Sequence record: PV764938.1
Reading direction: 5' to 3' (one strand)
Length of the DNA: 64,000 bases
Shown: one piece after another, positions 63,801 to 64,000 of the stretch
How the letters are laid out: the number at the start of each line of letters is the position of its first letter
Position numbering within the stretch: the first letter of the stretch is position 1
The notes under the pieces: generated by a model
Databases searched by the model: none
Told to the model about the DNA's origin: nothing
Seen by the model: only the letters and a program-made list of their open reading frames with translations
Made by a program: the position numbers and the translations under genes

Positions 63801-64000
63801 GTAATCCTCGAATACGCTTACGTAGGAACCAAATTCAGAGTTCAGAGTCGTGTTAAGTCCGAACGGATACAAAGCACCGGACTGTTCCCATTCGAAGCCG
63901 TTGAACTCGTATGCGAATGTAGCACCGAAGCCCGAACCACGAACTGTCGTGTCTTCGTTGAATGTGTTACCAGGCGCACCAACTACGAGAGTTGCACCGT
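57900..64000 (-). CDS. giant FG-GAP repeat protein with LamG-like domains, 5' end outside the window
   Basis: Frame stays open from 63872 to the window edge (GATLVVGAPGNTF...); FG-GAP repeats; WHILGVRRTG and WNNVVYT LamG-like segments; GxGYT repeats. Confidence 0.85.
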   Translation of the reverse strand, partial: GATLVVGAPGNTFNEDTTVRGSGFGATFAYEFNGFEWEQSGALYPFGLNTTLNSEFGSYVSVFEDYIAVGSYNQQFDEAGEDGLSGAGLVFVYRKENGLWTKVQRVGPPGNVRNAGDLIGSQVAYSNDWIAVGAPQHDFDTNVSNKVANSGAVFMWKWDAGVLTNKQKIIAPTENRLSNAFFGSAIHFENGELLIAAPGQTTGGSDALYRGIVYVYELIGDTWEVKQEIVPPTGVNQTLVFGAAVDRHGDTLAIGSTAPDASAIRINTNSIISYRPAPFSTIVDPTKDWSIEVGFYKADNANTFDIVSSLNYFTAGTNGGFSIYLSAGGMFADFTNSTTVITRLTTPVGIGWHILGVRRTGNTYQLYVDGVLSGSAAVTSSNVPLDLRNGLTFGRSVHNINKIVDFIRINNESIDLTLNQGEEIGARPSSVFFVNYSEFVNNGYDDLTGNYTGLASNSSDLTFVPGKANTTNLGGVVHMFNRNGETWEYDSTVSPTGTNAYAAGDNFGSSLTLVDDFLIVGSPAHRYDQDGNLAKTGAGASFFFQNIEGTWTQQQKVVAWGHDTNASDWTGYEIAAADTIVAVGSPYHAYDANGNNYVVGAGAVYVWRWDSAGSRWILEQKVVAPNRVANALFGRAIALTESRMVVGAPSYDDNTKPGKAFVFEKTPGDTAINCWNAGTELTPVGTNAYNNGDRYGLAVAINSDNEVIVTSLNGYDVNGANNVIEAGSAYVFKKSAIWSMAQKLVLGTNHLGTPTVPARGVSDWFGLTVSTSGNDLIVGTPYRDSDGRGVVVGNAGAAIAFSRADDTENWAQVQVITAKSNTVVAGDRLGTAVSGDGDYFVVGAIGNSYDANEDYYVAASGSAYVWFNDGVNWTYHQKLSGSIRNASGLYGASAKMYGDLLFIGAPGTTFGGNLNQGVVFVYELVDGFFEEIQVLSIDNSALPYKNSQFGSSIDYDGETLAIGSRNSVLPASSFGVGKVNFFERDSGTGQFNFVQSIYDPTAPNNANGGSVGASISIVGDLCVAGAPYESIYVSNGGAAAIFRRVDGVWTFEDKVYPQRPVAESGMAFGSTWAADGNYLAIGAPAHDYNRLNRTVTDGGAVFVFELVGGNWTYKQKVTPIGTNQHNSGDRFGTSIGLQNGLLVVGAPNHMYDVAGAAIAVNYGAVFAFELDVDGYFKNQTKISPQGYGSNESNLFGTSLILNDNVLVVGAPGSVYGVSAADNGGGYLNVGSAMVYKRIDNVWHFVQKLAPTPLSARESSLEFGRYMSFNDGYLAIGTPAASKNEFDEDAISNAGSVWTYKVESLDGLNVNLIGGKPAQPATTQIVFDSEDGTFESVAVPFAGISYKGHPEAVYSIDAFKGHAMMNPVGVANPKLLSAPATAVDPTITVVRDQYDTTGTGASVVLTRSGATLLNVTLTDGGEGYTNIPTVTANSGVGVVLQAVLEPTEVATLSLTNSGSGFTAFPTILIDSPDSGGTTAQAHVVMETDGVLMQASTKSYVGESFTVSLDTANLRVKTLTVDANYNSTSIAIDVAGQFSALPNFANRPAVRVIETQTFGAVIDPIAGGDTSEDYGLVTEGVTGSEDYGLVTEGITSSEDYQVSNNAVSYGSVDDTVLETISYGPITASTMTLSLTAKISDFILDNPGSGYRRVPAVSFGGSFATAATATATIAPTSVEAVNILSAGNNLSQSTQIIFTGTNTRPATATAEVSEGIISGIQLVSAGSGYTRTPKLVFSESGFSASIELAPTTVNSVVTTATDPTLTIQGRVNMLRRLAEPTNMRREAQNFGVAIAGHENILAVGAPTDALTSATSTVRSSSGSVIVYEVSAKEDRLNKVLVDGWLDASTVINNIGNTFSFSVWIRSNQRHQNLSGGTIFAITNGTDRPGYSAVEDGSPLDLGVANPHMLVLDNAGQIRVTAESEVIGFNTSNFVIHEWNNVVYTCNAGVISVYVNGVLAGTKQTDATITANSLFSIGAAFDNHNLDDATENGFIGYMSDITIWNAALDQTDVDALQTDSSTSVKASNVRANWIPN
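59203..59296 (-). repeat. in-frame 36-nt tandem repeat, about 2.5 copies
   Basis: TSEDYGLVTEGV-TGSEDYGLVTEGI-TSSEDYQVS. Confidence 0.8.

Noticed and set aside
63870-63872. TTG start of the 1990 aa ORF
   Set aside because: The frame stays open to base 64000 and continues the FG-GAP pattern, so the gene begins outside the window.

Overview
This is 64 kb of a large lytic dsDNA phage with T4-like transcription signals (sigma70-type TTGAC early promoters, TAAATA late promoters). The host is most likely a Rhizobiales alphaproteobacterium, inferred from host-like ornithine decarboxylase, ClpP, NAD kinase and a RopB/Omp25-type outer-membrane protein. No rRNA, CRISPR array, integrase or transposase is visible. 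Bases 1-48.3 kb are a + strand accessory region built from about 40 small promoter-led cassettes. Bases 48.3-64 kb hold two giant - strand FG-GAP repeat proteins, the second running off the window. The accessory region has seven stand-alone tRNAs, NAD salvage genes (nadK, NADAR, pnuC, nadR), Pth2, two ATP-grasp proteins, an SF2 helicase, ClpP, three cell-wall hydrolases and a 2H phosphoesterase. The main unexplained signals are: (1) three unannotated 136-139 nt RNAs with a Ro60-binding-type stem and a circularly permuted tRNA-like domain (YrlA-type Y RNAs), one with an alanine-identity G3.U70/A73/CCA acceptor; (2) a ~900 nt ornate GOLLD-like RNA with an embedded tRNA-Arg(UCU) domain; (3) a G-1:C73 tRNA-His beside a minimal catalytic-core HisRS whose true start is hidden by a +1 frameshift, possibly an orthogonal pair; (4) at least 23 paralogous small proteins sharing an F-x4-[DH]-A-M-[LM]-F-K-L motif. 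All family assignments come from reading motifs by eye; no database search was run.
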